Source: the human T2T-CHM13v2.0 reference genome, Homo sapiens. From it: a DNA stretch of 64,000 nucleotides. This document shows, piece after piece, positions 1 through 18,679 of this stretch. The stretch lies in NCBI GenBank assembly GCA_009914755.4, contig CP086569.2, forward strand, positions 736,001 through 800,000, written 5' to 3'. Under the pieces are notes generated by a model. It did no database searches. It saw nothing but the letters and a program-made list of their open reading frames with translations, and had not been told where the DNA came from. Made by a program: the position numbers and the translations under genes. The first letter of the stretch is position 1. Every line of letters begins with the position of its first letter.

Positions 1-471
<471 letters not shown>

Positions 472-826
472 CTTGTAACATCTAAATTCATGCACTTCCT
501 CCTGATTCGGATATCACCATTGTCATGCATTTTAATTCTCTGTGTGTTTTAAATCCCTGAAGACATGATGGTTTTATAATGTCAATATATATTTACAATT
601 ACTGACATTATCTTGAGTTCTCACTGCTGTTGAGTCCTTCCTAAATTTTCATGTCACATTGGGTCAGCTTCTCTTCTGTCTTTGGAGTCCCTCTTTAATA
701 TTCCCTTTAGAGCCAGGCTGTCGGTAGCATATTTTCCCAATTTTTGCTTTTGGAAGAAGGCTTTGCTTCAACCCCGTGGCGAGCATATGTGAGGCTGTTG
801 TTTATTAATTGAATATTCCCCCCCCC

Positions 827-1119
827 TTTTTTTTTTTTGAGACAGAGTCTCACTCTGCCACCCAGGCTGGAGTGCAGTGGTGTGATCTCGGCTCACCGCA
901 ACCTCTGCCGCCTGGTTTCAAGCGATTCTCCTGCCTCAGCCTCCCAAGTAGCTGAGATTATAGGCGCCCGCCACCATGCCTGGCTAATTTTTTGTGTTTT
1001 TAGTAGAGACGGAATTTCACCCTGCTGGCCAGGCTGGTCTCGATCTCCTGACCTTGTGATTCACCTGCCTCGGCCTCCCAAAGTCCTGCGATGACAGGTG
1101 TGAGCCACTGCGCCCAGCC
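827..1119 (-). mobile_element. Alu SINE (minus orientation)
   Basis: A poly-T tract is followed by gagacagagtctcactctgccacccaggctggagtgcagtgg...ggtgtgagccactgcgcccagcc, the reverse complement of the Alu consensus. Confidence 0.9.
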
Positions 1120-1338
1120 TTCCTCTCCTTTTTTTTTTTTTTTTCCGAAAGAAACACAGAGTTGGAGACAGACTTCTTAGCATTGAAGGGAGAGATCTGA
1201 TGAAGAGAAATGGGGCCACTTTGAGGCAGTGTCCTGGAAGGACCTGTGATTTTTACGTCTGTTGGTGTTAGGGGGAAAGGCGTGGACCAGGGTGGTAGGC
1301 AGTGGGCTAAGGGTGAGGCTCCCACCTCACAGGGAGGT

Positions 1339-2840
<1,502 letters not shown>

Positions 2841-3607
2841 TCATAGATGCGAGGGCCCCAGCTGTGCAGGGTGTGAGCAGCTCTTCCAGAGACGGGTGGC
2901 CCCATGGTGTTGCAGGTGCCGGGGAGATTTCTCCAGCAGCGCGGCCGTCCGGGGCTGTGTCCCTGGGTCCCAGTGCAGCGACGGGCACCTGCCTCTGTTT
3001 CTGATTTCACGTCGAGACCTGCTGTGTGGATGGGAACCTCATGCCCCCTCCAAGACACTGGAGAATCTGAGCTACTCAGCCTCAGCCTTCTCCCCATTAA
3101 CACTGATAAGAGTGGAGTGAGCAACCCCACAGCCCTCTTTGATAACCAGCAACGGAAATTTTAGTGGATTGTTGTGAGGTGTGGACGCTCTTCCAAATCA
3201 TAACCCTGGTCTAATATTTCCTGGAAACTCAAGAGGCCTGCGGGCGTCTGTCAGACACGCCCAGTGCATCCCTCACTTCTGCTTAATCTGTCTTTGATGT
3301 GTGATGACCTGCAGGGTGTACCCTTGACAATCCTTGCGTTTCCTCCCGAAACACAATCAAAGCGTGAACCGGGTTCACACCGTACCGGGATCTCGAGTTT
3401 CCCTTCAGACAGGAGGAAGGCGCCAGCAACAGCCAACAAAATGGTAACGACAAGAAAAGTATCTGGAATTTCTGCTGTCTGTAAAGTCGGGGCGTCCTGG
3501 AGGAAACGTGAAAGGCAGAAAACGCCATCCTGCCTTCAAATTGAAGGGACAGAAAATTGCCTCTGCATGTTACAAACATAGCAAGATCTGCTTTCTCACT
3601 GCAATGA

Positions 3608-4248
<641 letters not shown>

Positions 4249-4965
4249 AATTGTATGACATTTTTCTCATAGCAATTCAGATGAACTAAGACAAACAGTA
4301 ATCACCCCTTTTCCACAAAAGTGCTTCGTGAGAAGCATAAAGACTCATGTAGACATTCTGCCGTGGGCGAACACAAGGCTTTGCATCAGGAATCCATTTG
4401 AACTGACATAGAAGAACAGGTTCTCAGGAAGTGATACGGTGAAGCCCAAACCCAGATAACAGACAGACGCCATCGCCGTCCATCAGATAATTGCTTGGAA
4501 AAGCAGGTTCTGAATTCCAAAACTATGCCAACTCTAACTGTGGATGCAATTCCCAAAATACAGCATCAGACAAACTTCAAAGCGAGAAACTGTGCCCACC
4601 GACAAGTAGAGCAGTGTTAATTAGGGACGATGCTCTTTAATCTATAAATAATTAAATGATCACGCAGCTCCCCAGAGAGGTATTAAAAAAATAAAAATAA
4701 AACATAACACACGCAAGTTATTTCACAGACCGCGGTCGATGGCCGGGACAAAGTCTACGCATTACTTTGGGATCCCGTTTGACATTCAACAAAGAGAGAT
4801 GACTTGAGAAACTGGAAGATGGTGCTCAGAAAAGAAAAAAAAAAAGACACGTTTTATGGAGGTCACCTTAAACTTTAGATGGTTTGGGGTGAAAAATAGG
4901 TAAGTTGTTTAGTTTCTAGGTACCGCAATTCGAGCAGGTGCGAGACTGTCTCATGACACAGACTA

Positions 4966-5807
<842 letters not shown>

Positions 5808-5820
5808 TCACCTTTTCTGA

Positions 5821-6169
<349 letters not shown>

Positions 6170-6202
6170 TGGGACATTTACATTTTTAAAGAAACTTCCA
6201 GC

Positions 6203-6486
6203 TGTAAGCCCAACACTTTGGGAGGCCGAGACACGCAGATCACCTGAGGTCGGTAGTTTGAGACCAGCCTGGACAACATGGCAAAACTCCGTCTCTACTA
6301 AAAGTACAAAAATTAGCCAGGCACAGTGGCACATGTCTTAATTCCAGCTACTCAGGAGGCTGAGAATCAGATGAACCTGGGAGGCTGCTGTGAGCCGAGG
6401 TCGTGCCACTGCACTCCAGCCTAGACAAGAGCGAGACTCCATCTCAAAAAAAAAAAAAAGGAAAGAAAAGAAAAAAAGAAAAGAAA
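6203..6486 (+). mobile_element. Alu SINE (older, diverged; plus)
   Basis: cccaacactttgggaggccgagacacgcagatcacctgaggtcggtagtttgagaccagcctggacaacatggcaaaactccgtctctactaaaagtacaaaaattagccagg...ccagcctagacaagagcgagactccatctcaaaaaaaa plus a GAAA-rich tail. Confidence 0.85.
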
Positions 6487-6545
6487 CTTCTCTGGAGGTG
6501 ATGTCACGGGGAAGCTCAGGTCTTCAATTTTGGAAGGAAATATTC

Positions 6546-6852
6546 TTTTTTTTTTTCAGAGGGAGAGACAGAGAGACAGGGTCTGGCTCTGTCACCCAGG
6601 CTGGAGTGCAGAGGCATAATCACGGCTCACTATAGCCTCCAACTCCTGGGCTCAAGTGATGCTCCTGCCTCAGCCTCCTGAGTAGCTGGAACTACGCTTG
6701 TGCACCCCCATGCCTGGTTAACGTTTTAACTTTTTGCAGAGACAGGATCTCTGTATGTTGACCAGGCTTCTCTGGAACTCCTGGGCTCAAGCACCCTCCC
6801 AGCTTGGCTTCCAAACGGCTGGGATGACAGGCATGAGCCACTGCATTTGGCC
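6546..6852 (-). mobile_element. Alu SINE (older AluJ-like, minus)
   Basis: Poly-T then cagagggagagacagagagacagggtctggctctgtcacccaggctggagtgcagaggcataatcacggctcactatagcctccaactcctgggctcaagtgatgctcctgcctcagcctcctgagtagctggaactac...gatgacaggcatgagccactgcatttggcc. Divergence from the consensus is high. Confidence 0.85.
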
Positions 6853-6897
6853 TTCCGGAAGAAAATACTCTAACCTGCTGAGAGATGCTGTCTTTGA

Positions 6898-7318
<421 letters not shown>

Positions 7319-7847
7319 GGAATCAGGCAATTTTAGAATAAGGTTTCCAAGCGATGACAATCTGTGCCATACACAGAAGAGAAGGCAGAGATGACGTATG
7401 AATCACTACAGCGCTTGAGGATATACCCTCTCCACGTTGGCTGATATCACCTCATTGCCTTGAGCATCCTTTGTGTTCCCTGCATCAAAGACGACCTACG
7501 TTCTGCCCTGAGTTTCTTCCTTGGAGACAGAAAAGACTCCACGACTGATAACTTTCCCTTGAGGAAATGTTCCCAGCCACGGTCCTTGACTGTGTGTTTA
7601 CCATGAGGTCTGAGAGGCTATGATGAGAAGTCGGTTCTCTGTGGGGAGAATGGTGGCCTTCCACTGTACGATAATTCCAGAACCACACGATGGCATGACT
7701 CATGCCGTGGGTATTTTAAGTCATGGGACTCCTTCCCATATGAGACTTTTGAAAGGGGGTATGCTTGTTACAGCATTAACAAATACTCTTGGAGCTCACT
7801 GTTACACTTCAGTGGGCTCCCGACACTGCCTTGTGATTTGATTTTAG

Positions 7848-8360
<513 letters not shown>

Positions 8361-8559
8361 TAATCTAAACCAGAGGTAATTGTGCCCCCACCAGGGGCAT
8401 TTGGCCATGTTTGGAGACACTGTTGGTTGTCATGACAGAAGAAGGCAAGTTATTGACCTCTGGGGGTTGATACCGGAGATGTTGCTAAACATTCTGCAAA
8501 GCACAAGACAGCTACACAACAAATAATCATCCCATCCTGTTATGAACGGAATGCTGTGT

Positions 8560-8910
8560 TCACCCCAAATTTATGGGATGAAGATCTAATCACCAGAGTG
8601 ATGATATTAGAAGGTGTGGCTTTGGGGACATAATTAGGGTTAGATGATGTTATGATAGTTGGATCGTCTTAATAGAATTACTGCCCTTATAAGAAGAGAC
8701 CAGGGTGGTGTGTTTTCTCCCTCTCTGTCTCTCTCTCTCCCCCTGTATCATGTGAAGATACAATTAGAAAGTAGCCACATGCAAACCAGGAACCCAACCA
8801 TACTAGCTTTCCAACCTCTGATTTCCAGTCTCCCAAATTGTGAGAAATAAATGTTGGTGGTTGAAGCCTCCCAGTCTGTGGTATTTTGTTATAGCAGCAC
8901 GTGCTGACAG
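8560..8910 (+). mobile_element. MaLR-type LTR fragment (MLT1-like)
   Basis: The motifs atgatattagaaggtgtggctttggggacataattagggttagatgatgttatgatagttggatcgtcttaatagaattactgcccttataagaagagaccagg...ccaacctctgatttccagtctcccaaattgtgagaaataaatgttggtggttgaagcctcccagtctgtggtattttgttatagcagcac match my memory of the MLT1 consensus (gattagtgcccttataagaagag...cagcctccagaactgtgagaaataaatgtttgttgtttaagccacccagtctatggtattttgttatagcagc). I did no alignment. Confidence 0.55.
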
Positions 8911-11215
8911 AGACACTGCCAATGTGAATGGTGCTGAAATGAGGAAGCCCTGAGCTAGACTCTTCTGCAGGGTCTTCAGATAGGTGCAGGGCAAAGACCA
9001 AAACTTAGATACCCTCACCTCAAAAGAAGTCAGGGGAACATAATACAACGGGGTCAGCAGCTTATGGGTAGAAACTAGAGAATCCCTGGGGCACCTCATG
9101 ATTCTCTGGTGGTCTTCATTAGTGGTTTGTTGAAGAACAGAAGTATTCGTATTTAACAATGGACGGCTGGCCCTACTCAGCAGGCAAAGATGCTATCAAA
9201 CCCAATGAATCTGAAGCTGCAGGATACATGAGCTGGGTATAAAAGTGAGGCAGGGAGGGGTATCAAAAATGTCAGCCACTGCCCCCTGTCTAGACAGAGA
9301 AGCAAGGAGAGTTGTCTGCTTCAATTCCTTTCTTGCATCTGGGCTAATAAATCTCAACTTGTTTTCTTTTTAGAGATGGATAATAAATAGTCATCATTCA
9401 TCAAAATGATGGGCTTCCCTATTAGAGATTGGGTGCACCAGAGGCTGAATGTACTCATACACCTTGGCTTATAAGGATGGTCTTAAAATGGGTCAGGGGA
9501 GGCATAGAGTCATGGGGCTGAGTCTTCATGACGTCATCTCTTCCCTGTGAAAATGTTTGTACACTTCTTTTTATTGATTTTATTTATTTTTTGCCACTGG
9601 CCAATGTGGATTATACAGGCTTCAAAGCCACCCTTTAAGAGATGCGGGATCTCCCAGTGTACACCAATGGTGGGCATTCCATCCTGGGGTGTGTGGATTT
9701 CTGTGTTGAATGATAGTGCAATATGGTAGAGCATCTAGGCCCACTCTGTTGTATTCTATCATCTGGAGTCCCCTGGAATCCCCTTAACACCCATTTCTGA
9801 GATTAAGCAACAAGAAAAGATGTGGAGAGAGGGACTCCTGCTGCCTTGCACCTCTAGTCATCAGAGAGTTGTTTACTGCAAGACTTCCAGTCACTTGGCA
9901 TGGGTTTCAAGAACAAATAGATCCATTTAGATAAATAAATCATATCAGTATAATCAAACACCTAGTTTGGGTGATGAGACAGTAGTTTACATAAGAGATG
10001 ATTGATAGCAGCCTGAAAGCTTCCCTGATTAATAAGGATCTTCATTTGTGCTTTTCAATGAGAAAGTCTTTAAATTAATTAAAGAGGCTTTAGGAGGGGA
10101 AGGAATGCTTGCCAGCTTTAGAAGGCTTTGACTTTTCTATCCATATTCTCCATAAGACACATTATTGCAAATTTGTTTTTGTAAACACCCACTCTTTATG
10201 CCATAAATATTCAACCCTCGTTTATGCGTTTGCATCTGGCAAGTGGTAGAGGGAGCCCCAGAGGCTCTCTCTCTCCTCATTAAGGAGCTCAAGTGGAAGC
10301 AGGAGCAATTTGTCATTGTCTAAAGTGGGAAGACCTTGAAATGAGTCCTGCTTTCATGAGGAACCTGCTAGAAAGACCAGCCAGGCTTTGAACAAGCACA
10401 TAGGGAGGGCAGCAGGGCTGCAGCTCCTGTGTGTCCAATATAGACAGAATTCCATGTCAAAATACAGACACATCAGTTTCCCTTGTCTAAGGGGATCATT
10501 GCCTTTTCTGACAGTATTGGTGTTGACTAGGTTGACCATGGACCAGGATGGCTTCATGGATGGGGTAAGAGTTGAGGGGGTTATGGATAGACGGGGAGAG
10601 ATGACATCACTAAGAATGGGTGTTTTGGGGGGATCAATATGACCAAATGTACATTGAGTGAGGGGGCTACTCACCTCACCAACCTCCAATCTTCTTCCCG
10701 ACTTATATTCCTTCATATCATCTGTTACCGGGGAATAAACTTTAAATTTTACCTCTCACTGTTGTTCTTCACCAACACATGAGATGGATGAGCTCAAGCA
10801 TGCTCCTGTTTTGTTCAGCATGATATTTTCCTCTTGTAGATACTCCATAAATTGTACTCAATAAATGCCCAGTCAACGTTTTTGAATTATTTAATGAATG
10901 AGCAGGTAGAAATGCAAAATAGTGGCCGAGGAGGGTGACCCCGAGGTAATCCAAGGAGAAGAGGTTTCGGCATGGTTTTCAGATGTGGTATTGTTGAAAA
11001 GGCAAGACTGGGTTGGGCCCCAGAGTGAGTAATATGCTGTGCCATGAAATTTAGGATTTATATCGAGGCCAGAAATAGCAAATACGTTTTGAGTTGTGGG
11101 TGAACTCTGAGCACTTGCCAGGTATAGTGATGGGGGTGGTTGGCAAAAGCCATGTGAGATCCCACTGGATCCAATGCGTAAAAGGATGGCTTGGGGTTAA
11201 TAATGAGGGGGCTTT

Positions 11216-11623
<408 letters not shown>

Positions 11624-12183
11624 CTAAAATAGGCAGAGATGGGGAAGGAAATCCTTGGGGGAGGCCCAGGCATTAGTCCAACCAGGAGCACTAAGGGCCA
11701 GAACCAGAACATGTTACTTGGCCTGAGTGTGACTTCTGGTGTAAGAAAAACAGACCCTGAAGGTCTTTGTGACACTTTAGTTTCTCCTTCTAAAGAAATG
11801 TGTGTTTATTTTACAGATACAAAGGATAACCACATTAATTCTGAGGCAGTTTTCCAAAGTATTATAATGATCCCAACAAGAAAATGGCATTTCAGTTCAA
11901 ATGTTACTGAGTGCCAGGGAAACGGTTAGATACTCAGGCTGTGGAACTGGGTTGGTTGCAGGGCTCAGGATCCAGAGACAAGGAAGGCAGCATCACAAGT
12001 CAGCCACTCATAAATGCAACGTTATAAGAGTCCCAATTTCTTTTTGAGGTTTGTTCCAATCAACAGCAACTGAAACACAACTCAGACTAAGTTAGGCAAA
12101 GAAAGAAGATTGTTGACCTAATATAACTGTGAGATCCTACGATGGAGCTGACCTCAGGATTCCCAAGGACTTAAGAAATCTCT

Positions 12184-12191
12184 AGATAGAG

Positions 12192-12234
<43 letters not shown>

Positions 12235-12685
12235 GACATAGATAGAGAAAAAATAGATATAGATAGAATAAATAGATGATAGATAAATACATAGGATAGA
12301 TAGATAAATAGATAGCTAGATGATACATAATATATATAGATATGTAGTTATTTAATAGATACATAAAATAGGTAGATAGATAAATAAGATGGATAGATAC
12401 GTAATTGATAGATAACTAGGACAGATAGATACATAATAGATACATTGATACACAGGATAGATAAATGATAGGTAGATAGATAAGATGGATAGATACATAA
12501 TAGATACATAGGATGGATAGATAGATAGAATAAGATGGATGATAGATAGATAGAATAAGATGGATGATAGATAGATAGAATAAGATGGATGATAGATAGA
12601 TAGATAGAATAAGATGGATGATAGATAGATAGATAGATAGATAGAATAAGATGGATGATAGATAGATAGATAGAATAAGATGGAT

Positions 12686-12734
<49 letters not shown>

Positions 12735-12813
12735 GATAGATGATGGGTAGATGGATAGATGGATAGATAGACAGGATAGATGATAGATAGATAATAGATA
12801 GATAGATGGAATA
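12184..12813. repeat. Complex (GATA)n tetranucleotide array with about 33-bp higher-order units (aataagatggatgatagatagatagatag)
   Basis: About 630 bp of gatagatagata with interspersed ggat/gaat variants. The block aataagatggatgatagatagataga recurs six or more times between 12520 and 12700. Confidence 0.9.
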
Positions 12814-13975
12814 AATATCATATAACTGCATAAAGAAATGTATGGAAATAAGCAAATAATCATGACTTCAATAAGATGGAAGTTTGCTTCTCTCTGATAT
12901 GATAGGAGGCCAGAACAAGGGGTCCAAGTTGTTGTACAGATTCAAGATGTCAGACATCCTCCATGTTGTGCCTCCACCATTTTAGTATGTGACTTTCTAC
13001 TCATGGTTCAATATGGTGACATGGTCTCCAGCCCTCACATCTCCATTGCAGCTAGCAGCAAAAGGAGAGGGAAGAGTTCACGTTCACTTTTTTAAGAAAT
13101 TAAGGAGATTTTTACGGTCTTAATACATTCCTACTTACTTCCCATGAGCTCAAAGTTCATCATACTGTCACACAGAGCTGCAAGGGAGTCTAGGAAAAAC
13201 AGTCTGAAAAAGTAGAGGTGGACAGCTTCTCAGGGATCCCCCAAGTTCTGGTCACTCTCTCAACTCTCTGCTTCTCTCTGTGTTCCAGACTAGATTCTCT
13301 TGGAAAAAGTCTTGGAAGATAGGATGGAAAAAAAAATCCAGCTGCTGAGGCTATAGATTTAGAGTCTGAGCTTCTCCCACCTTCTCTCAGTCTTTGCTGA
13401 TCAAATTCAAGGGAAGGGTTAATTAGCCTGTCTTGCACCATATGTCTATCTCTGGGATAATCTCTGCACCTGAGAAAGGCTGGCTTCTCAGAACAGATGA
13501 TTTTGCTGTTGTTGTTGTTGTTGTTAAACTTTAAAAGATGAATCAGATGTTACAATGACTCAGGGCTGGGCAGGCAAAGTCAGGGAACTAGGAAATTGAT
13601 GATGGAGGCAGAGATTGAGGTGTTGGGTGTGAGGTGATGAAGTACAGACAGAGAGGCCACATCTTTCCATGTGTGAATTTATGAAAGATCTCAGACACTT
13701 AGGTAAGGATCCTGAACTGTTCTCTGCAGTTGATGAGAAACCACCAACATTGTGTGACCAGTCATGTCCACATTTATGCTTATACATATTAAATAGGTCT
13801 AAATGTGTTTAGACCTATTACCTTGGAACCCATGCATAGGATGGATCAGAAGGGATGGCACTGAAGGTGGAAGCCTGGAGCCTCTGGCATGGGATGGATG
13901 GTGGTAATGGAATCTTTGAACCTGGAGCATGGAGTGGGAAGGAAGAAGTGAGAAGGCATTCAAAGTCACCAGTAA

Positions 13976-14315
13976 GGCTGGGCACCATGGCTCACACCTG
14001 TAATCCCAGCAGTTTGAGAGGGCAAGACAGGCAGATCACTTGAGCTCAGGAGTTCAAGACCAGCCTGGGCAACATGGCGAGACCCCACCTCTATTAAAAA
14101 TAAAAAAATAGACAAGAGTGGTGGTGTGTGCCTGTGGTCCTAGCTACTAGGGAAGATGAGGTGGGAGGATCACTTAAGCCCAGGTGGTGGAGATTGCAGT
14201 GAGCTGAGATTGTGCCACTGCACTCCAGCCCAGGTGACAGAGCGAGACATTGTCTCAAACAAACAAACAAATTAAAATAACACACACACACACAAAGAAA
14301 CAAACAAACAAAAAT
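13976..14315 (+). mobile_element. Alu SINE (plus) with a (CAAA)n/(CA)n tail
   Basis: ggctgggcaccatggctcacacctgtaatcccagcagtttgagagggcaagacaggcagatcacttgagctcaggagttcaagaccagcctgggcaacatggcgagaccccacctctattaaaaataaaaaaatagacaagagtggtggtgtgtgcctgtggtcctagctactagggaagatgaggtgggaggatcacttaagcccagg...tgtctcaaacaaacaaacaaa. Confidence 0.85.
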
Positions 14316-15169
14316 AACAGTCACCACAGAAGCAAACTGTTGTGTCTCTTTGATGTTGAGGGAAGAATCAAACGTGACTTCAGGGCTCTAACCTGAAAAG
14401 TTGAGTGGGAAACAAACTCCCAATAAAAGAACATAAATTATGTCTGGGGGAGAAAAGAAGACAAAGTTGAGTTCAGCCTTTGCTTTATTGATTCTTCTTC
14501 TGAAGGGGGTTCTTCTAAAACAAGGAGTCACATTTAGCCTTTGCTAGTTCTTCTCCTCTTCCCAAAGGGGTTTTTCTAAATGTTGGGCTGAACTAGGGCT
14601 CAAACATAAGCTTCCTTCTCTCTCCGGGGGATCTCACTCAGCTCCAAGACTTGACACATCCACTCAAAATCCTAAATTCCTATCTCTGGATTTGACATCT
14701 TTTCTCTATTTCAGATTCAGCATGTAACTGTATCCTCAACTTCTCAGCTCAGGAAAATGATTAGGGTTTTCAAGTTAACCCATCCCAAACCATCTGGACA
14801 GCCTTCACTGGATTCACCACCACCCCTGACAAGTGTTTTGGCAGAAGATTTTGGAAACTTTGAACTCTCCTTTCTCTCATCTCCCCCTTATACAATTCAT
14901 TGGCAAGTCTCTTGAATGACCTCAAACATTTGTCAAAATGGATCAGATTTTCCTGCCTTTGCCTTCTTCGCCCTGATGCATGACGTATGTCATCTGGATC
15001 ATGGCCACATCCTCTTGATTGATCTTTTGGCTTCTGTCCTGGTTTCTGCTTTGATCCTGGAATTATTCTTAAGCAGAGAAATCTTTTTAAAATGGAGATG
15101 ATTTTTAGCTTGTGGCCCTCATCCCTTCCTATTGACTAAATAGCAGTTTCCCAAAATTTGTATGTTGAA

Positions 15170-15545
15170 GGCCTAACCCCTACTGGTTATGTCCCTCCAA
15201 AATGCACCATACTGAAGCCCTAATCCCCAATGGGATGATATTAGGAGGTGAAGTCTCTGGAGGTGATGAGGTTTAGATGAGGTCATGAGGATGGGACCTT
15301 CATGATGGGATTAGTATCCTTATAAGAAGAGCAAGAGACACAAAAGCTCTCTCTCTATCTCTTTCTCTCTCTGAAGGCACCATCTGTGAACCAGCAAGAG
15401 AACCCCCTCCAGCCAATAAATCTGCCATGCCTCGAACTCGGACTTTCCCATCTCCAGAACTATGAGAAATCAATGGCTGTTACTTAAGCCACCCAGTCTA
15501 TGATTTTTGTTATGGCAACCCAAGCTGACTAAGACATCCCTCATG
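15170..15545 (+). mobile_element. MaLR-type LTR fragment (MLT1-like)
   Basis: aatgggatgatattaggaggtgaagtctctggaggtgatgaggtttagatgaggtcatgaggatgggaccttcatgatgggattagtatccttataagaagagcaagagacac...ctccagaactatgagaaatcaatggctgttacttaagccacccagtctatgatttttgttatggcaacccaagctgactaagaca matches the characteristic MLT1 3' portion. Confidence 0.55.
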
Positions 15546-16384
15546 CCACTCAAAACCCTCCAATAATTTCACATCAAAGTTGGAATACAATCTGACTACT
15601 TCCCTATGGCTTCTTTGTAACTCTGTCCCTGGCAACTTGCTCCAATTGGGACTCTGCGGTCCCAATAAAAGAATGTAAATTATGTCTGGGGGAGAAAATA
15701 AAACAAAGTTGAGTTCAGCCTTGGCTTTATTGATTCTTCTTCTGAAGGGGGTTCTTCTAAAACAAGGAGTCACATTTAGCCTTTGCTGGTTCTTCTTTGC
15801 TACCTCCTTGGGCGTCCCCCCAGTCATGCCAAATTCATTCCTGTTGCAGACCTCCAGCACATTACTCCTTCTGTGAGTGTCCTGTGGCCGCCATCACCAA
15901 TGATCATGTTCGTATTGGCTTAAAGCAACACAAATGTATTGTCTTACAGTGTTGTAGGTTTGAAGCCCACTCTAGGTCTCACTGGCCTAAAACCAAGGTG
16001 TCAGCAAAACTTCCCTCTTGATGCAAGTTCTGGGGGAGAATCAGTTTCTTTGCCATTTCCTACTTCTAGAGGCATGTTTCTAGAATATTCCTTGGCTCCT
16101 GGACCCTTCCTCCATCTTCGAAGCCAGTACTGCAGCATCTTCTAATCTTTCTGTGACTCTGACCTTTGCTTTTGTCCTAACAACACCTCCTCTGGCTCTG
16201 GCACTCCTGCCTGCCTCTTACAAAGATCCTGTGATGACCTTAGACCCACCTAGATAATCCAGGGTCATTTCATCTCATGATTCTTAAACTAATCACATCT
16301 GCAAAATCTTTTTAGCCATGAAAGGTTTTTACAGATTTCTGGAATTAGGATGTGGATGTTTTTTTTTGAGGGGGGGCAGGGGGC

Positions 16385-17120
16385 GCTTACTCTGTCAACC
16401 ACATGGGGATTAGGATGTAGACATCCTTGGGGCCATTATTCTGTCTACTACCTAGTATTAGGACATGGACGTCTTTGGGACCATTATTCTCTGTACCACA
16501 TGAGGATTAGGACATGGGCATCTTTGGGACCATTATTCTGTCTACCACATGGGGATTAGGACGTGGACATCTTTGAGGTCATTATTCTGTCTGCTGCATG
16601 AGAATTAGGACATAGACGTTGTTTGGGGCCATTATTCTACTACATGAGGATGAGGATGTGGATATCTTTCATGCTATCATGCTGTCTACTACATGAAGAT
16701 AAGGATGTGGGCATCTTTGGGACCATTATTCTGTCTACCACATGAGGATTAGGAAGTGGACGTCTTGGAATCCATTATTCGGCCTACCCCATGGGATTAG
16801 AATGTGGACATCTTTAGGGCCATTATACTGTCTACCTCACGGGGATTAGGATGTGGACATCTTTAGGGCCATTATTCTGTCTACCACATGGGGAATAGGA
16901 TGTTGGTAACATCTTTAGGGCCATTATTCTGTCTCCCACATGAGGATTAGGATGTGGACATCTCTGGGGACATTATTCTGTCTACCACATGGGGAATAGG
17001 ATGTTGGTAACATTTTTAGGGCCATTATTCTGTCTCCCACATGGGGATTAGGACATGGATATCTTTGGGGCCATTATTCTGTCTACCCCTAGATAATTAG
17101 AACTTGGACATCTTTGGTGA
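16385..17120. repeat. Minisatellite with a roughly 50-bp unit (48-52 bp) and about 15 copies
   Basis: The unit ccattattctgtctaccacatggggattaggatgtggacatctttggg recurs with successive starts at 16433, 16481, 16529, 16579 and so on. Copies differ by point changes (atgaggattagga / ggggaataggatgttggtaac). Confidence 0.9.
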
Positions 17121-17591
17121 AATCACTTTGTCTTCCTCCTTTCTTATTCTTAGAATTCTCCTAGTAACAAGCTGCTTCTTCCTCAACTTCTTCTTCCTCA
17201 GCATTCCTATGGGGCCTCCAACACTCACCAGGCAGCTCCCTGACTGCATTACCCGAGATTGTATTTGGCCAAGATTCTCTGCTTTCTCTTGGTACCTCCA
17301 AGCAGGATGGAAGCTTTAGAGGGCAGTGTCTTTGTTACTCTTTCTTATTCTAATTGTTTATTCTTATTTATTGACGTGTCTCCTGCTTTCAAGGCAGACT
17401 CCCACCCATTAGGTCTTCTATATACAATTAAATTTACCTAGAAAATATTTCCTTCTTATTTAAAGCTTTTTAAAAGTAAATTTCAAAATTGCTATATCAT
17501 GTTACAAATTCACGTGCCTCCCGTGAAGAATACATTTGCAAAATAAATGATGTCTTGAGACTAAATGAATTTTCAATGAAGATTTTAGAGA

Positions 17592-18013
<422 letters not shown>

Positions 18014-18280
18014 TGAATAATAACCCATTTCCCCCCAAAATAGAAAAGGGAACTATTTCCCCCTGCTCTTTGAGGGAACTGAATAAATAGTAAATGAAGT
18101 TCTGTCTGTACAGGAAGCGTGGGTACTTGGCATTACATCCAGAAAAGTAAGGACATGAGTGTTTTCTTCCAAACGAATGACATGTTTAAAAACCATCATC
18201 ACCACCCTCTCTGTGATTGCAGATTTTGCGTGCATTTTAATCATTGGGTGCCAGAAGCAAATTTCCATGTGAGCACGCCC

Positions 18281-18608
18281 TCTTTCTTCTTCTCCTCCCG
18301 CTCCTCCTGCTCCTCCCGCTCCTCCTCCTCCTTCTTTTCTCCTTCTCCTTCTCCTTCTTCTTCCTCTTCTTCCTCTTCCTCCTCTCCCTCCTCTGCTTCT
18401 TCTCCTTCTTCTCCTTCTCCCTCTTCTCCCTCTTCCTCTTCTTCCTCCTCTCCTTCTCCCTTTTCCCCTTCCCCATCCCCTTCCACTTCCCCTTCCCCTT
18501 CCCCTTCCTCCTCCTTCTCCTCCTCCTCCTCCTCTTCTTCTTCTTTTTCTTCTTCTTCTTCTTCCTTTTCTTCTTCTTCTTCTTCTTCTTCTTCTTCTTC
18601 TTCTTCTT

Positions 18609-18642
<34 letters not shown>

Positions 18643-18679
18643 CTCCTTCTTGTTTTCCTTCTCCTTCTCCTTCTTCACT
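18281..18679. repeat. (CTT)n / (CCT)n / (CTC)n trinucleotide-rich pyrimidine tract, about 400 bp, with a near-perfect (CTT)n core at 18530-18640
   Basis: ctcctcctgctcctcccgctcctcctcctcc...cttcttcttcttcttcttcttcttc. Its complement is (GAA)n/(GGA)n. The 230-aa and 186-aa ORFs here are poly-Ser/Leu/Phe artefacts. Confidence 0.9.

Noticed and set aside
12184-12813. Whether this GATA array might be a known forensic STR (several CODIS and Y-STR loci are GATA repeats)
   Set aside because: I cannot assign locus identity from the repeat itself, and the unique flanks are not ones I can recognise from memory. I make no locus claim.
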